Translations under genes and position numbers: made by a program
DNA from: Eledone cirrhosa
Lineage: Eukaryota
Assembly (NCBI GenBank): GCA_964016885.1
Contig: CAXHJY010000264.1
Coordinates: 310,001 to 374,000 of the forward strand
DNA: 64,000 bases
Direction of reading: 5' to 3'
Notes under the pieces: generated by a model
The model's database searches: none
Told to the model about the DNA's origin: nothing
What the model saw: the letters and a program-made list of their open reading frames with translations, nothing else
Shown: piece by piece, positions 1-15,000 of the stretch
How the letters are laid out: every line of letters begins with the position of its first letter
How positions within the stretch are numbered: the first letter of the stretch is position 1

Positions 1-3000
1 TAGATGTGCCACTGGTACAGCCAGTCATTGGGGTGCCACTCTAGATGTGAGATTGGTACAGCCAGTCAATGGGGTGTCACTCTAGATGTGCCACTGGTAC
101 AGCCAGCCATTGGGGTGCAACTCTAGATGTGACATTGCTACAGCCAGTCATTAGGGTCCCACTCTAGATGTGCCACTGGTACAGCCAGCCATTGGGGTGC
201 CACTCTAGATGTGCCACTGGTACAGCCAGCCATTGGGGTGCCACTCTAGATGTGACATTGGTACAGCCAGCCATTGGGGTACCACTCTAGATGTGCCACT
301 GGTACAGCCAGTCATTGGGGTGCCACTCTAGATGTGCCACTGGTACAGCCAGTCATTAGGGTGCCACTCTAGATGTGCCACTGGTACAGCCAGTCATTAG
401 GGTGCCACTCTAGATGTGCCACTGGTACAGCCAGTCATTAGGGTGCCACTCTAGATGTGCCACTGGTACAGCCAGTCATTTGGGTGCCACTGGTACAGCC
501 AGTCATTGGGGTGCCTCTCTAGATGTGCCACTGGTACAGCCAGTCATTAGGGTGCCACTCTAGATGTGCCACTGGTACAGCCAGCCATTGGCGTGTCACT
601 CTAGATGTGCCACTGGTACAGCCAGTCATTGGGGTGTCACTCTAGATGTGCCACTGGTACAGCCAGTCATTAGGGTGCCACTCTAGATGTGCCACTGGTA
701 CAGCCAGTCATTTGGGTGCCACTGGTACAGCCAGTCATTGGGGTGCCACTCTAGATGTGCCACTGGTACAGCCAGCCATTGGGGTGTCACTCTAGATGTG
801 CCACTCTAGATGTGCCACTGGTACAGCCAGTCATTGGGGTGTCACTCTAGATGTGCCACTGGTACAGCCAGCCATTGGGGTGTCACTCTAGATGTGCCAC
901 TGGTACAGCCAGTCATTGGGGTGTCACTCTAGATGTGCCACCGGTACAGCCAGTCATTTGGGTGCCACTGGTACAGCCAGTCATTGGGGTGTCACTCTAG
1001 ATGTGCCACTGGTACAGCCAGTCATTGGGGTGTCACTCTAGATGTGCCACCGGTACAGCCAGTCATTTGGGTGCCACTGGTACAGCCAGCCATTAGGTAC
1101 CACTCTAGCTGTGCCACTGGTACAGCCAGTCCATGGGGTGCCACTCTGGATGTGCCACTGGTACAGCCAGTCATTGGGGTGTCACTCTAGATGTGCCACT
1201 GGTACAGCAAGTCATTGGGGTGTCACTCTAGATGTGCCACTGGTACAGCCAGTCATTGGGGTGCCACTCTAGATGTGGCACTGGTACAGCCAGTCATTGG
1301 GGTGCCACTCTAGATGTGACACTGGTACAGCCAGTCATTGGGGTGTCACTGTAGATGTGCCACTGGTACAGCCAGTCATTAGGGTCCCACTCTAGATGTG
1401 CCACTGGTACAGCCAGTCATTAGGGTGCCACTGGTACAGCCAGTCATTGGGGTGCCACTCTAGATGTGCCACTAGTACAGCCAGTCATTGGGGTGCCACT
1501 CTAGATGTGAGATTGGTACAGCCAGCCATTGGGGTGCCACTCTAGATGTGAGATTGGTACAACCAGTCATTGGGGTGCCACTCTAGATGTGCCACTGCTA
1601 CAGCCAGTCATTAGGGTGCCACTCTAGATGTGCCACTGGTACAGCCAGTCATTAGGGTGCCACTCTAGATGTGCCACTGGTACAGCCAGTCATTAGGGTG
1701 CCACTCTAGATGTGCCACTGGTACAGCCAGTCATTTGGGTGCTACTGGTACAGCCAGTCATTGGGGTGCCACTCTAGATGTGCCACTGGTACAGCCAGTC
1801 ATTAGGGTGCCACTCTAGATGTGCCACTGGTACAGCCAGTCATTAGGGTGCCACTCTAGATGTGCCACTGGTACAGCCAGTTATTGGGGTGCCACTCTAG
1901 ATGTGAGATTGGTACAGCCAGTCAATGGGGTGTCACTCTAGATGTGCCACTGGTACAGCCAGCCATTGGGGTGCAACTCTAGATGTGACATTGCTACAGC
2001 CAGTCATTAGGGTCCCACTCTAGATGTGCCACTGGTACAGCCAGCCATTGGGGTGCCACTCTAGATGTGCCACTGGTACAGCCAGCCATTGGGGTGCCAC
2101 TCTAGATGTGACATTGGTACAGCCAGCCATTGGGGTACCACTCTAGATGTGCCACTGGTACAGCCAGTCATTGGGGTGCCACTCTAGATGTGCCACTGGT
2201 ACAGCCAGTCATTAGGGTGCCACTCTAGATGTGCCACTGGTACAGCCAGTCATTAGGGTGCCACTCTAGATGTGCCACTGGTACAGCCAGTCATTAGGGT
2301 GCCACTCTAGATGTGCCACTGGTACAGCCAGTCATTTGGGTGCCACTGGTACAGCCAGTCATTGGGGTGCCTCTCTAGATGTGCCACTGGTACAGCCAGT
2401 CATTAGGGTGCCACTCTAGATGTGCCACTGGTACAGCCAGCCATTGGCGTGTCACTCTAGATGTGCCACTGGTACAGCCAGTCATTGGGGTGTCACTCTA
2501 GATGTGCCACTGGTACAGCCAGTCATTAGGGTGCCACTCTAGATGTGCCACTGGTACAGCCAGTCATTTGGGTGCCACTGGTACAGCCAGTCATTGGGGT
2601 GCCACTCTAGATGTGCCACTGGTACAGCCAGCCATTGGGGTGTCACTCTAGATGTGCCACTCTAGATGTGCCACTGGTACAGCCAGCCATTGGGGTGTCA
2701 CTCTAGATGTGCCACTGGTACAGCCAGTCATTGGGGTGTCACTCTAGATGTGCCACCGGTACAGCCAGTCATTTGGGTGCCACTGGTACAGCCAGTCATT
2801 GGGGTGTCACTCTAGATGTGCCACTGGTACAGCCAGTCATTGGGGTGCCACTCTAGATGTGACACTGGTACAGCCAGTCATTGGGGTGCCACTCTAGATG
2901 TGACACTGGTACAGCCAGTCCATGGGGTGCCACCCTAGATGTGCCACTGGTACAGCCAGTCATTAGGATGTCACTGGTACAGCCAGTCATTAGGGTGCCA

Positions 3001-6000
3001 CTCTAGATGTGCCACTGGTACAGCCAGTCATTAGGGTGCCACTCTAGATGTGCCACCGGTACAGCCAGTCATTTGGGTGCCACTGGTACAGCCAGTCATT
3101 GGGGTGCCACTCTAGATGTGCCACTGGTACAGCCAGCCATTGGGGTTTCACTCTAGATGTAACATTGGTACAGCCAGCCATTGGGGAGCCACTCTAGATG
3201 TGCCACTGGTACAGCCAGTCATTAGGGTGCCACTCTAGATGTGCCACCGGTACAGCCAGCCATTGGGGTGCCACTCTAGATGTGCCACTGGTACAGCCAG
3301 TCATTGGGGTGCCACTCTAGATGTGACATTGCTACAGCCATCCATTGGGGTGCCACTCTAGATGTGCCACTGGTACAACCAGTCATTGAGGTGCCACTCT
3401 AGATGTGCCACTGGAACAGCCAGTCATTGGGGTTCCACTCTAGATGTGCCACTGGTACAGCCAGTCATTGGGGTTCCACTCTAGATGTGCCACTGGTACA
3501 GCCAGTCAATGGGGTGTCACTCTAGATGTGCCACTGGTACAGCCAGTCATTAGGGTGTCACTCTAGATGTGCCACTGGTACAGCCAGTCATTAGGATGTC
3601 ACTGGTACAGCCAGTCATTAGGGTGCCACTCTAGATGTGCCACTGGTACAGCCAGTCATTAGGGTGCCACTCTAGATGTGCCACTGGTACAGCCAGTTAT
3701 TGGGGTGCCACTGGTACAGCCAGTCATTGGGGTGCCACTCTAGATGTGCCACTGGTACAGCCAGTCATTGGGGTGCCACTCTAGATGTGCCACTGGTACA
3801 GCCAGTCATTGGGGTTCCACTCTAGATGTGCCACTGGTACAGCCAGTCAATGGGGTGTCACTCTAGATGTGCCACTGGTACAGCCAGTCATTAGGGTGTC
3901 ACTCTAGATGTGCCACTGGTACAGCCAGTCATTAGGATGTCACTGGTACAGCCAGTCATTAGGGTGCCACTCTAGATGTGCCACTGGTACAGCCAGTCAT
4001 TAGGGTGCCACTCTAGATGTGCCACTGGTACAGCCAGTTATTGGGGTGCCACTGGTACAGCCAGTCATTGGGGTGCCACTCTAGATGTGCCACTGGTACA
4101 GCCAGTCATTGGGGTGCCACTCTAGATGTGACATTGCTACAGCCATCCATTGGGGTGCAACTCTAGATGTGCCACTGGTACAGCCAGTCATTGGGGTTCC
4201 ACTCTAGATGTGCCACTGGTACAGCCAGTCATTGGGGTTCCACTCTAGATGTGCCACTAGTACAGCCAGTCATTGGGGTGTCACTCTAGATGTGCCACTG
4301 GTACAGCCAGTCATTAGGGTGTCACTCTAGATGTGCCACTGGTACAGCCAGTCGTTGGGGTGCCACTCTAGATGTGCCACTGGTACAGCCAGTCATTGGG
4401 ATGTCACTCTAGATGTGCCACTGGTACAGCCAGTCATTGGGGTGCAACTCTAGATGTGACATTGCTACAGCCATCCATTGGGGTGCCACTCTAGATGTGT
4501 CACTGGTACAGCCAGTTATTGGGGTGCCACTCTAGATGTGCCACTGGTACAGTCAGTCGCTACGGTGCCACTCTAGATGTGCCACTGGTACAGCCAGTCG
4601 TTGGGGTGCCACTCTAGATGTGCCACTGGTACAGCCAGTTATTGGGATGTCACTCTAGATGTGCCACTGGTACAGCCAGCCATTGGGGTGCCACTCTAGA
4701 TGTGCCACTGGTACAGCCAGTCATTGGGTGCCACTCTAGATGTGCCACTGGTACAGCCAGTCATTGGGGTTCCACTCTAGATGTGCTACTGGTACAGCTA
4801 GTCATTGGGGTGTCACTCTAGATGTGCCACTGGTACAGTCAGTCATTGGGGTCCCACTCTAGAAGTGCCACTGGTACAGCTAGTCATTGGGGTGTCACTC
4901 TAGATGTGCCACTGGTACAGTCAGTCATTGGGGTGACACTCTAGATGTGCCACTGGTACAGCCAGTCATTAGGGTGCCACTCTAGATGTGCCACTGGTAC
5001 AGCCAGTCATTAGGGTGCCACTCTAGATGTGACACTGGTACAGCCAATCATTGGGGTCCCACTCTAGATGTGACACTGGTACAGCCAGTCATTAGGGTCC
5101 CACTCTAGATGTGCCACCGGTACAGCCAGTCATTGGGGTGCCACTGGTACAGCCAGTCATTGGGGTGCCACTCTAGATGTGCCACTGGTACAGCCAGTCA
5201 TTAGGGTGTCACTGGTACAGCCAGTCATTAGGGTGCCACTCTAGATGTGCCACTGGTACAGCCAGTCATTGGGGTGCCACTCTAGATGTGAGATTGGTAC
5301 AGCCAGTTATTAGGGTGTCACTGGTACAGCCAGTCATTAGGGTGCCACCCTAGATGTGCCACTGGTACAGCCAGTCATTAGGGTGTCACTGGTACAGCCA
5401 GTCATTAGGGTGACACCCTAGATGTGCCACTGGTACAGCCAGCCATTAGGTACCACTCTAGCTGTGCCACTGGTACAGCCAGCCATTGGGGTGCCACTGT
5501 AGATGTGCCACTGGTACAGCCAGTCATTGGGGTGCCACTCTAGATGTGCCACTGGTACAGCCAGTCATTAGGGTGTCACTGGTACAGCCAGTCATTGGGG
5601 TGCCACTCTAGATGTGCCACTGGTACAGCCAGTCATTGGGGTGCCACTCTAGATGTGACATTGCTACAGCCATCCATTGGGGTGCCACTCTAGATGTGCC
5701 ACTGGTACAGCCAGTTATTGGGTTGCCACTCTAGATGTGCCACTGGTACAGTCAGTCGCTACGGTGCCACTCTAGATGTGCCACTGGTACAGCCAGTCGT
5801 TGGGGTGCCACTCTAGATGTGCCACTGGTACAGCCAGTCATTGGGATGTCACTCTAGATGTGCCACTGGTACAGCCAGTCATTGGGGTGCAACTCTAGAT
5901 GTGCCACTGGTACAGCCAGTCATTAGGGTGCCACTCTAGATGTGCCACTGGTACAGCCAGTCGTTGGGGTGCCACTCTAGATGTGCCACTGGTACAGCCA

Positions 6001-9000
6001 GTTATTGGGGTGCCACTCTAGATGTGCCACTGGTACAGCCAGTCATTGGGGTGCAACTCTAGATGTGCCACTGGTACAGCCAGTTATTAGGGTGCCACTC
6101 TAGATGTGCCACTGGTACAGCCAGTCATTGGGGTGCCACTCTAGATGTGCCACTGGTACAGCCAGTTATTAGGGTGCCACTCTAGATGTGCCACTGGTAC
6201 AGCCAGTCATTGGGGTGCCACTCTAGATGTGAGATTGGTACAGCCAGCCATTGGGGTGTCACTCTAGATGTGACATTGGTACAGCCAGCCATTGGGGTGC
6301 CACTCTAGATGTGCAGCTGGTACAGCCAGCCATTGGGGTGCCACTCTAGATGTGCCACTGGTACAGCCAGCCATTGGTGTGCCACTCTAGATGTGCCACT
6401 GGTACAGCCAGCCATTGGGGTGTCACTCTAGATGTGCCACTGGTACAGCCAGTCATTTGGGTGTCACTCTAGATGTGCCACTGGTACAGCCAGTCATTGG
6501 GGTGCCACTCTAGATGTGACACTGGTACAGCCAGTCATTGGGGTGCCACTCTAGATGTGAAACTGGTACAGCCAGTCCATGGGGTGCCACCCTAGATGTG
6601 CCACTGGTACAGCCAGTCATTAGGATGTCACTGGTACAGCCAGTCATTAGGGTGCCACTCTAGATGTGCCACTGGTACAGCCAGTCATTAGGGTGCCACT
6701 CTAGATGTGCCACCGGTACAGCCAGTCATTTGGGTGCCACTGGTACAGCCAGTCATTGGGGTGCCACTCTAGATGTGCCACTGGTACAGCCAGTCATTAG
6801 GGTGTCACTCTAGATGTGCCACTGGTACAGCCAGTCATTAGGATGTCACTGGTACAGCCAGTCATTAGGGTGCCACTCTAGATGTGCCACTGGTACAGCC
6901 AGTCATTAGGGTGCCACTCTAGATGTGCCACTGGTACAGCCAGTTATTGGGGTGCCACTGGTACAGCCAGTCATTGGGGTGCCACTCTAGATGTGCCACT
7001 GGTACAGCCAGTCATTGGGGTGCCACTCTAGATGTGCCACTGGTACAGCCAGTCATTGGGGTTCCACTCTAGATGTGCCACTGGTACAGCCAGTCAATGG
7101 GGTGTCACTCTAGATGTGCCACTGGTACAGCCAGTCATTAGGGTGTCACTCTAGATGTGCCACTGGTACAGCCAGTCATTAGGATGTCACTGGTACAGCC
7201 AGTCATTAGGGTGCCACTCTAGATGTGCCACTGGTACAGCCAGTCATTAGGGTGCCACTCTAGATGTGCCACTGGTACAGCCAGTTATTGGGGTGCCACT
7301 GGTACAGCCAGTCATTGGGGTGCCACTCTAGATGTGCCACTGGTACAGCCAGTCATTGGGGTGCCACTCTAGATGTGACATTGCTACAGCCATCCATTGG
7401 GGTGCAACTCTAGATGTGCCACTGGTACAGCCAGTCATTGGGGTTCCACTCTAGATGTGCCACTGGTACAGCCAGTCATTGGGGTTCCACTCTAGATGTG
7501 CCACTAGTACAGCCAGTCATTGGGGTGTCACTCTAGATGTGCCACTGGTACAGCCAGTCATTAGGGTGTCACTCTAGATGTGCCACTGGTACAGCCAGTC
7601 GTTGGGGTGCCACTCTAGATGTGCCACTGGTACAGCCAGTCATTGGGATGTCACTCTAGATGTGCCACTGGTACAGCCAGTCATTGGGGTGCAACTCTAG
7701 ATGTGACATTGCTACAGCCATCCATTGGGGTGCCACTCTAGATGTGTCACTGGTACAGCCAGTTATTGGGGTGCCACTCTAGATGTGCCACTGGTACAGT
7801 CAGTCGCTACGGTGCCACTCTAGATGTGCCACTGGTACAGCCAGTCGTTGGGGTGCCACTCTAGATGTGCCACTGGTACAGCCAGTTATTGGGATGTCAC
7901 TCTAGATGTGCCACTGGTACAGCCAGCCATTGGGGTGCCACTCTAGATGTGCCACTGGTACAGCCAGTCATTGGGTGCCACTCTAGATGTGCCACTGGTA
8001 CAGCCAGTCATTGGGGTTCCACTCTAGATGTGCTACTGGTACAGCTAGTCATTGGGGTGTCACTCTAGATGTGCCACTGGTACAGTCAGTCATTGGGGTC
8101 CCACTCTAGAAGTGCCACTGGTACAGCTAGTCATTGGGGTGTCACTCTAGATGTGCCACTGGTACAGTCAGTCATTGGGGTGACACTCTAGATGTGCCAC
8201 TGGTACAGCCAGTCATTAGGGTGCCACTCTAGATGTGCCACTGGTACAGCCAGTCATTAGGGTGCCACTCTAGATGTGACACTGGTACAGCCAATCATTG
8301 GGGTCCCACTCTAGATGTGACACTGGTACAGCCAGTCATTAGGGTCCCACTCTAGATGTGCCACCGGTACAGCCAGTCATTGGGGTGCCACTGGTACAGC
8401 CAGTCATTGGGGTGCCACTCTAGATGTGCCACTGGTACAGCCAGTCATTAGGGTGTCACTGGTACAGCCAGTCATTAGGGTGCCACTCTAGATGTGCCAC
8501 TGGTACAGCCAGTCATTGGGGTGCCACTCTAGATGTGAGATTGGTACAGCCAGTTATTAGGGTGTCACTGGTACAGCCAGTCATTAGGGTGCCACCCTAG
8601 ATGTGCCACTGGTACAGCCAGTCATTAGGGTGTCACTGGTACAGCCAGTCATTAGGGTGACACCCTAGATGTGCCACTGGTACAGCCAGCCATTAGGTAC
8701 CACTCTAGCTGTGCCACTGGTACAGCCAGCCATTGGGGTGCCACTGTAGATGTGCCACTGGTACAGCCAGTCATTGGGGTGCCACTCTAGATGTGCCACT
8801 GGTACAGCCAGTCATTAGGGTGTCACTGGTACAGCCAGTCATTGGGGTGCCACTCTAGATGTGCCACTGGTACAGCCAGTCATTGGGGTGCCACTCTAGA
8901 TGTGACATTGCTACAGCCATCCATTGGGGTGCCACTCTAGATGTGCCACTGGTACAGCCAGTTATTGGGTTGCCACTCTAGATGTGCCACTGGTACAGTC

Positions 9001-12000
9001 AGTCGCTACGGTGCCACTCTAGATGTGCCACTGGTACAGCCAGTCGTTGGGGTGCCACTCTAGATGTGCCACTGGTACAGCCAGTCATTGGGATGTCACT
9101 CTAGATGTGCCACTGGTACAGCCAGTCATTGGGGTGCAACTCTAGATGTGCCACTGGTACAGCCAGTCATTAGGGTGCCACTCTAGATGTGCCACTGGTA
9201 CAGCCAGTCGTTGGGGTGCCACTCTAGATGTGCCACTGGTACAGCCAGTTATTGGGGTGCCACTCTAGATGTGCCACTGGTACAGCCAGTCATTGGGGTG
9301 CAACTCTAGATGTGCCACTGGTACAGCCAGTTATTAGGGTGCCACTCTAGATGTGCCACTGGTACAGCCAGTCATTGGGGTGCCACTCTAGATGTGCCAC
9401 TGGTACAGCCAGTTATTAGGGTGCCACTCTAGATGTGCCACTGGTACAGCCAGTCATTGGGGTGCCACTCTAGATGTGAGATTGGTACAGCCAGCCATTG
9501 GGGTGTCACTCTAGATGTGACATTGGTACAGCCAGCCATTGGGGTGCCACTCTAGATGTGCAGCTGGTACAGCCAGCCATTGGGGTGCCACTCTAGATGT
9601 GCCACTGGTACAGCCAGCCATTGGTGTGCCACTCTAGATGTGCCACTGGTACAGCCAGCCATTGGGGTGTCACTCTAGATGTGCCACTGGTACAGCCAGT
9701 CATTTGGGTGTCACTCTAGATGTGCCACTGGTACAGCCAGTCATTGGGGTGCCACTCTAGATGTGACACTGGTACAGCCAGTCATTGGGGTGCCACTCTA
9801 GATGTGAAACTGGTACAGCCAGTCCATGGGGTGCCACCCTAGATGTGCCACTGGTACAGCCAGTCATTAGGATGTCACTGGTACAGCCAGTCATTAGGGT
9901 GCCACTCTAGATGTGCCACTGGTACAGCCAGTCATTAGGGTGCCACTCTAGATGTGCCACCGGTACAGCCAGTCATTTGGGTGCCACTGGTACAGCCAGT
10001 CATTGGGGTGCCACTCTAGATGTGCCACTGGTACAGCCAGCCATTGGGGTGCCACTCTAGATGTGCCACTGGTACAGCCAGTCATTGGGGTGTCACTCTA
10101 GATGTGCCACTGGTACAGCCAGCCATTGGGGTTTCACTCTAGATGTAACATTGGTACAGCCAGCCATTGGGGAGCCACTCTAGATGTGCCACTGGTACAG
10201 CCAGTCATTAGGGTGCCACTCTAGATGTGCCACTGGTACAGCCAGCCATTGGGGTGTCACTCTAGATGTGCCACTGGTACAGCCAGTCATTGGGGTGTCA
10301 CTCTAGATGTGCCACTGGTACAGCAAGTCATTGGGGTGTCACTCTAGATGTGCCACTGGTACAGCCAGTCATTGGGGTGCCACTCTAGATGTGGCACTGG
10401 TACAGCCAGTCATTGGGGTGCCACTCTAGATGTGACACTGGTACAGCCAGTCCATGGGGTGCCACCCTAGATGTGCCACTGGTACAGCCAGCCATTGCGG
10501 TGTCACTCTAGATGTGCCACTGGTACAGCCAGTCATTAGGGTGCCACTCTAGATGTGCCACTGGTACAGCCAGTCATTGGGGTTCCACTCTAGATGTGAG
10601 ATTGGTACAGCCAGTCATTGGGATGTCACTCTAGATGTGCCACTGGTACAGCCAGTCATTGGGGTGCCACTCTAGATGTGCCACTGGTACAGCCAGTCAT
10701 TAGGGTGTCACTGGTACAGCCAGTCATTGGGGTGCCACTCTAGATGTGCCACTGGTACAGCCAGTCATTGGGGTGCCACTCTAGATGTGACATTGCTACA
10801 GCCATCCATTGGGGTGCCACTCTAGATGTGCCACTGGTACAGCCAGTTATTGGGTTGCCACTCTAGATGTGCCACTGGTACAGTCAGTCGCTACGGTGCC
10901 ACTCTAGATGTGCCACTGGTACAGCCAGTCGTTGGGGTGCCACTCTAGATGTGCCACTGGTACAGCCAGTTATTGGGTTGCCACTCTAGATGTGCCACTG
11001 GTACAGTCAGTCGCTACGGTGCCACTCTAGATGTGCCACTGGTACAGCCAGTCATTAGGGTGCCACTCTAGATGTGCCACTGGTACAGCCAGTCATTGGG
11101 GTGCAACTCTAGATGTGCCACTGGTACAGCGAGTCATTGGGGTTCCACTGGTACAGCCAGCCATTGGGGTGCCACTCTAGAAGTGCCACTGGTACAGCTA
11201 GTCATTGGGGTGTCACTCTAGATGTGCCACTGGTACAGTCAGTCATTGGGGTGCCACTCTAGATGTGACACTGGTACAGCCAGTTATTAGGGTGCCACTC
11301 TAGATGTGCCACTGGTACAGCCAGTCATTAGGGTCCCACTCTAGAAGTGCCACTGGTACAGCTAGTCATTGGGGTGTCACTCTAGATGTGCCACTGGTAC
11401 AGTCAGTCATTGGGGTGCCACTCTAGATGTGACACTGGTACAGCCAGTCATTGGGGTGCAACTCTAGATGTGCCACTGGTACAGCGAGTCATTGGGGTTC
11501 CACTGGTACAGCCAGCCATTGGGGTGCCACTCTAGAAGTGCCACTGGTACAGCTAGTCATTGGGGTGTCACTCTAGATGTGCCACTGGTACAGCCAGTCA
11601 TTGGGGTGCAACTCTAGATGTGCCACTGGTACAGCGAGTCATTGGGGTTCCACTGGTACAGCCAGCCATTGGGGTGCCACTCTAGAAGTGCCACTGGTAC
11701 AGCTAGTCATTGGGGTGCCACTCTAGATGTGCCACTGGTACAGCCAGCCATTGGGGTGTCACTCTAGATGTGACATTGGTACAGCCAGCCATTGGGGTGT
11801 CACTCTAGATGTGCCACTGGTACAGCCAGCCATTGGGATGTCACTCTAGATGTGCCACTGGTACAGCCAGTCATTGGGGTGCCACTCTAGATGTGCCACT
11901 GGTACAGCCAGTCAATGGGGCGACACTCTAGATGTGCCACTGGTACAGCCAGCCATTGGGATGTCACTCTAGATGTGCCACTGGTACAGCCAGCCATTGG

Positions 12001-15000
12001 GGTGTCACTCTAGATGTGCCACTGGTACAGCCAGCCATTGGGATGTCACTCTAGATGTGCCACTGGTACAGCCAGCCATTGGGGTGCCACTCTAGATGTG
12101 CCACTGGTACAGCCAGTCATTAGGGTGCGACTCTAGATGTGCCACTGGTACAGCCAGCCATTGGGGTGCCACTCTAGATGTGCCACTGGTACAGCCAGCC
12201 ATTGGGCTGCCACTCTAGATGTGCCACTGGTACAGCCAGCCATTGGGGTGCCACTCTAGATGTGCCACTGGTACAGCCAGCCATTGGGGTGTCACTCTAG
12301 ATGTGCCACTGGTACAGCCAGTCATTGGGGTGCCACTCTAGATGTGACACTGGTACAGCCAGTCCATGGGGTGCCACCCTAGATGTGCCACTGGTACAGC
12401 CAGTCATTTGGGTGCCACTGGTACAGCCAGTCATTGGGGTGCCACTCTAGATGTGAGATTGGTACAGCCAGCCATTGGGGTGCCACTCTAGATGTGCCAC
12501 TGGTACAGCCAGTTATTGGGGTGCCACTCTAGATGTGCCACTGGTACAGCCAGCCATTGGGGTGTCACTCTAGATGTGACATTGGTACAGCCAGCCATTG
12601 GGGTGCCACTCTAGATGTGCCACTGGTACAGCCAGCCATTGGGGTGTCACTCTAGATGTGACATTGGTACAGCCAGCCATTGGGGTGCCACTCTAGATGT
12701 GCCACTGGTACAGCCAGTCATTTGGGTTCCACTCTAGATGTGCTACTGGTACAGCTAGTCATTGGGGTGTCACTGGTACAGCCAGTCAATGGGGCGACAC
12801 TCTAGATGTGCCACTGGTACAGCCAGTTATTGGGGTGCCACTCTAGATGTGCCACTGGTACAGCCAGTCATTGGGGTACCACTCTAGATGTGAGATTGGT
12901 ACAGCCAGCCATTGGGGTGCCACTCTAGATGTGCCACTGGTACAGCCAGTTATTGGGGTGCCACTCTAGATGTGCCACTGGTACAGCCAGCCATTGGGGT
13001 GCCACTCTAGATGTGCCACTGGTACAGCCAGTCATTGGGGTACCACTCTAGATGTGCCACTGGTACAGCCAGTCATTAGGGTGCCACTGGTACAGCCAGT
13101 CAATGGGGCGACACTCTAGATGTGCCACTGGTACAGCCAGTCATTGGGGTGCCACTCTAGATGTGCCACTGGTACAGCCAGTCAATGGGGCGACACTCTA
13201 GATGTGCCACTGGTACAGCCAGTTATTGGGGTGCCACTCTAGATGTGCCACTGGTACAGCCAGTCATTAGGGTGCCACTCTAGATGTGCCACTGGTACAG
13301 CCAGCCATTGGGGTGTCACTCTAGATGTGTCACTGGTACAGCAAGTCCATGGGGTGCCACTCTAGATGTGCCACTGGTACAGCCAGTCATTGGGGTGTCA
13401 CTCTAGATGTGCCACTGGTACAGCAAGTCATTGGGGTGTCACTCTAGATGTGCCACTGGTACAGCCAGTCATTGGGGTGCCACTCTAGATGTGGCACTGG
13501 TACAGCCAGTCATTGGGGTGCCACTCTAGATGTGACACTGGTACAGCCAGTCATTGGGGTGTCACTGTAGATGTGCCACTGGTACAGCCAGTCATTAGGG
13601 TCCCACTCTAGATGTGCCACTGGTACAGCCAGTCATTAGGGTGCCACTGGTACAGCCAGTCATTGGGGTGCCACTCTAGATGTGCCACTGGTACAGCCAG
13701 TCATTGGGGTGCCACTCTAGATGTGAGATTGGTACAGCCAGCCATTGGGGTGCCACTCTAGATGTGAGATTGGTACAACCAGTCATTGGGGTGCCACTCT
13801 AGATGTGCCACTGCTACAGCCAGTCATTAGGGTGCCACTCTAGATGTGCCACTGGTACAGCCAGTCATTAGGGTGCCACTCTAGATGTGCCACTGGTACA
13901 GCCAGTCATTAGGGTGCCACTCTAGATGTGCCACTGGTACAGCCAGTCATTTGGGTGCTACTGGTACAGCCAGTCATTGGGGTGCCACCCTAGATGTGCC
14001 ACTGGTACAGCCAGTCATTAGGGTGCCACTGGTACAGCCAGTCATTAGGGTGCCACTCTAGATGTGCCACTGGTACAGCCAGTCATTGGGGTGCCACTCT
14101 AGATGTGAGATTGGTACAGCCAGTCAATGGGGTGTCACTCTAGATGTGCCACTGGTACAGCCAGCCATTGGGGTGCAACTCTAGATGTGACATTGCTACA
14201 GCCAGTCATTAGGGTCCCACTCTAGATGTGCCACTGGTACAGCCAGCCATTGGGGTGCCACTCTAGATGTGCCACTGGTACAGCCAGCCATTGGGGTGCC
14301 ACTCTAGATGTGACATTGGTACAGCCAGCCATTGGGGTACCACTCTAGATGTGCCACTGGTACAGCCAGTCATTGGGGTGCCACTCTAGATGTGCCACTG
14401 GTACAGCCAGTCATTAGGGTGCCACTCTAGATGTGCCACTGGTACAGCCAGTCATTTGGGTGCCACTGGTACAGCCAGTCATTGGGGTGCCTCTCTAGAT
14501 GTGCCACTGGTACAGCCAGTCATTAGGGTGCCACTCTAGATGTGCCACTGGTACAGCCAGCCATTGGCGTGTCACTCTAGATGTGCCACTGGTACAGCCA
14601 GTCATTGGGGTGTCACTCTAGATGTGCCACTGGTACAGCCAGTCATTAGGGTGCCACTCTAGATGTGCCACTGGTACAGCCAGTCATTTGGGTGCCACTG
14701 GTACAGCCAGTCATTGGGGTGCCTCTCTAGATGTGCCACTGGTACAGCCAGTCATTAGGGTGCCACTCTAGATGTGCCACTGGTACAGCCAGCCATTGGC
14801 GTGTCACTCTAGATGTGCCACTGGTACAGCCAGTCATTGGGGTGTCACTCTAGATGTGCCACTGGTACAGCCAGTCATTAGGGTGCCACTCTAGATGTGC
14901 CACTGGTACAGCCAGTCATTTGGGTGCCACTGGTACAGCCAGTCATTGGGGTGCCACTCTAGATGTGCCACTGGTACAGCCAGCCATTGGGGTGTCACTC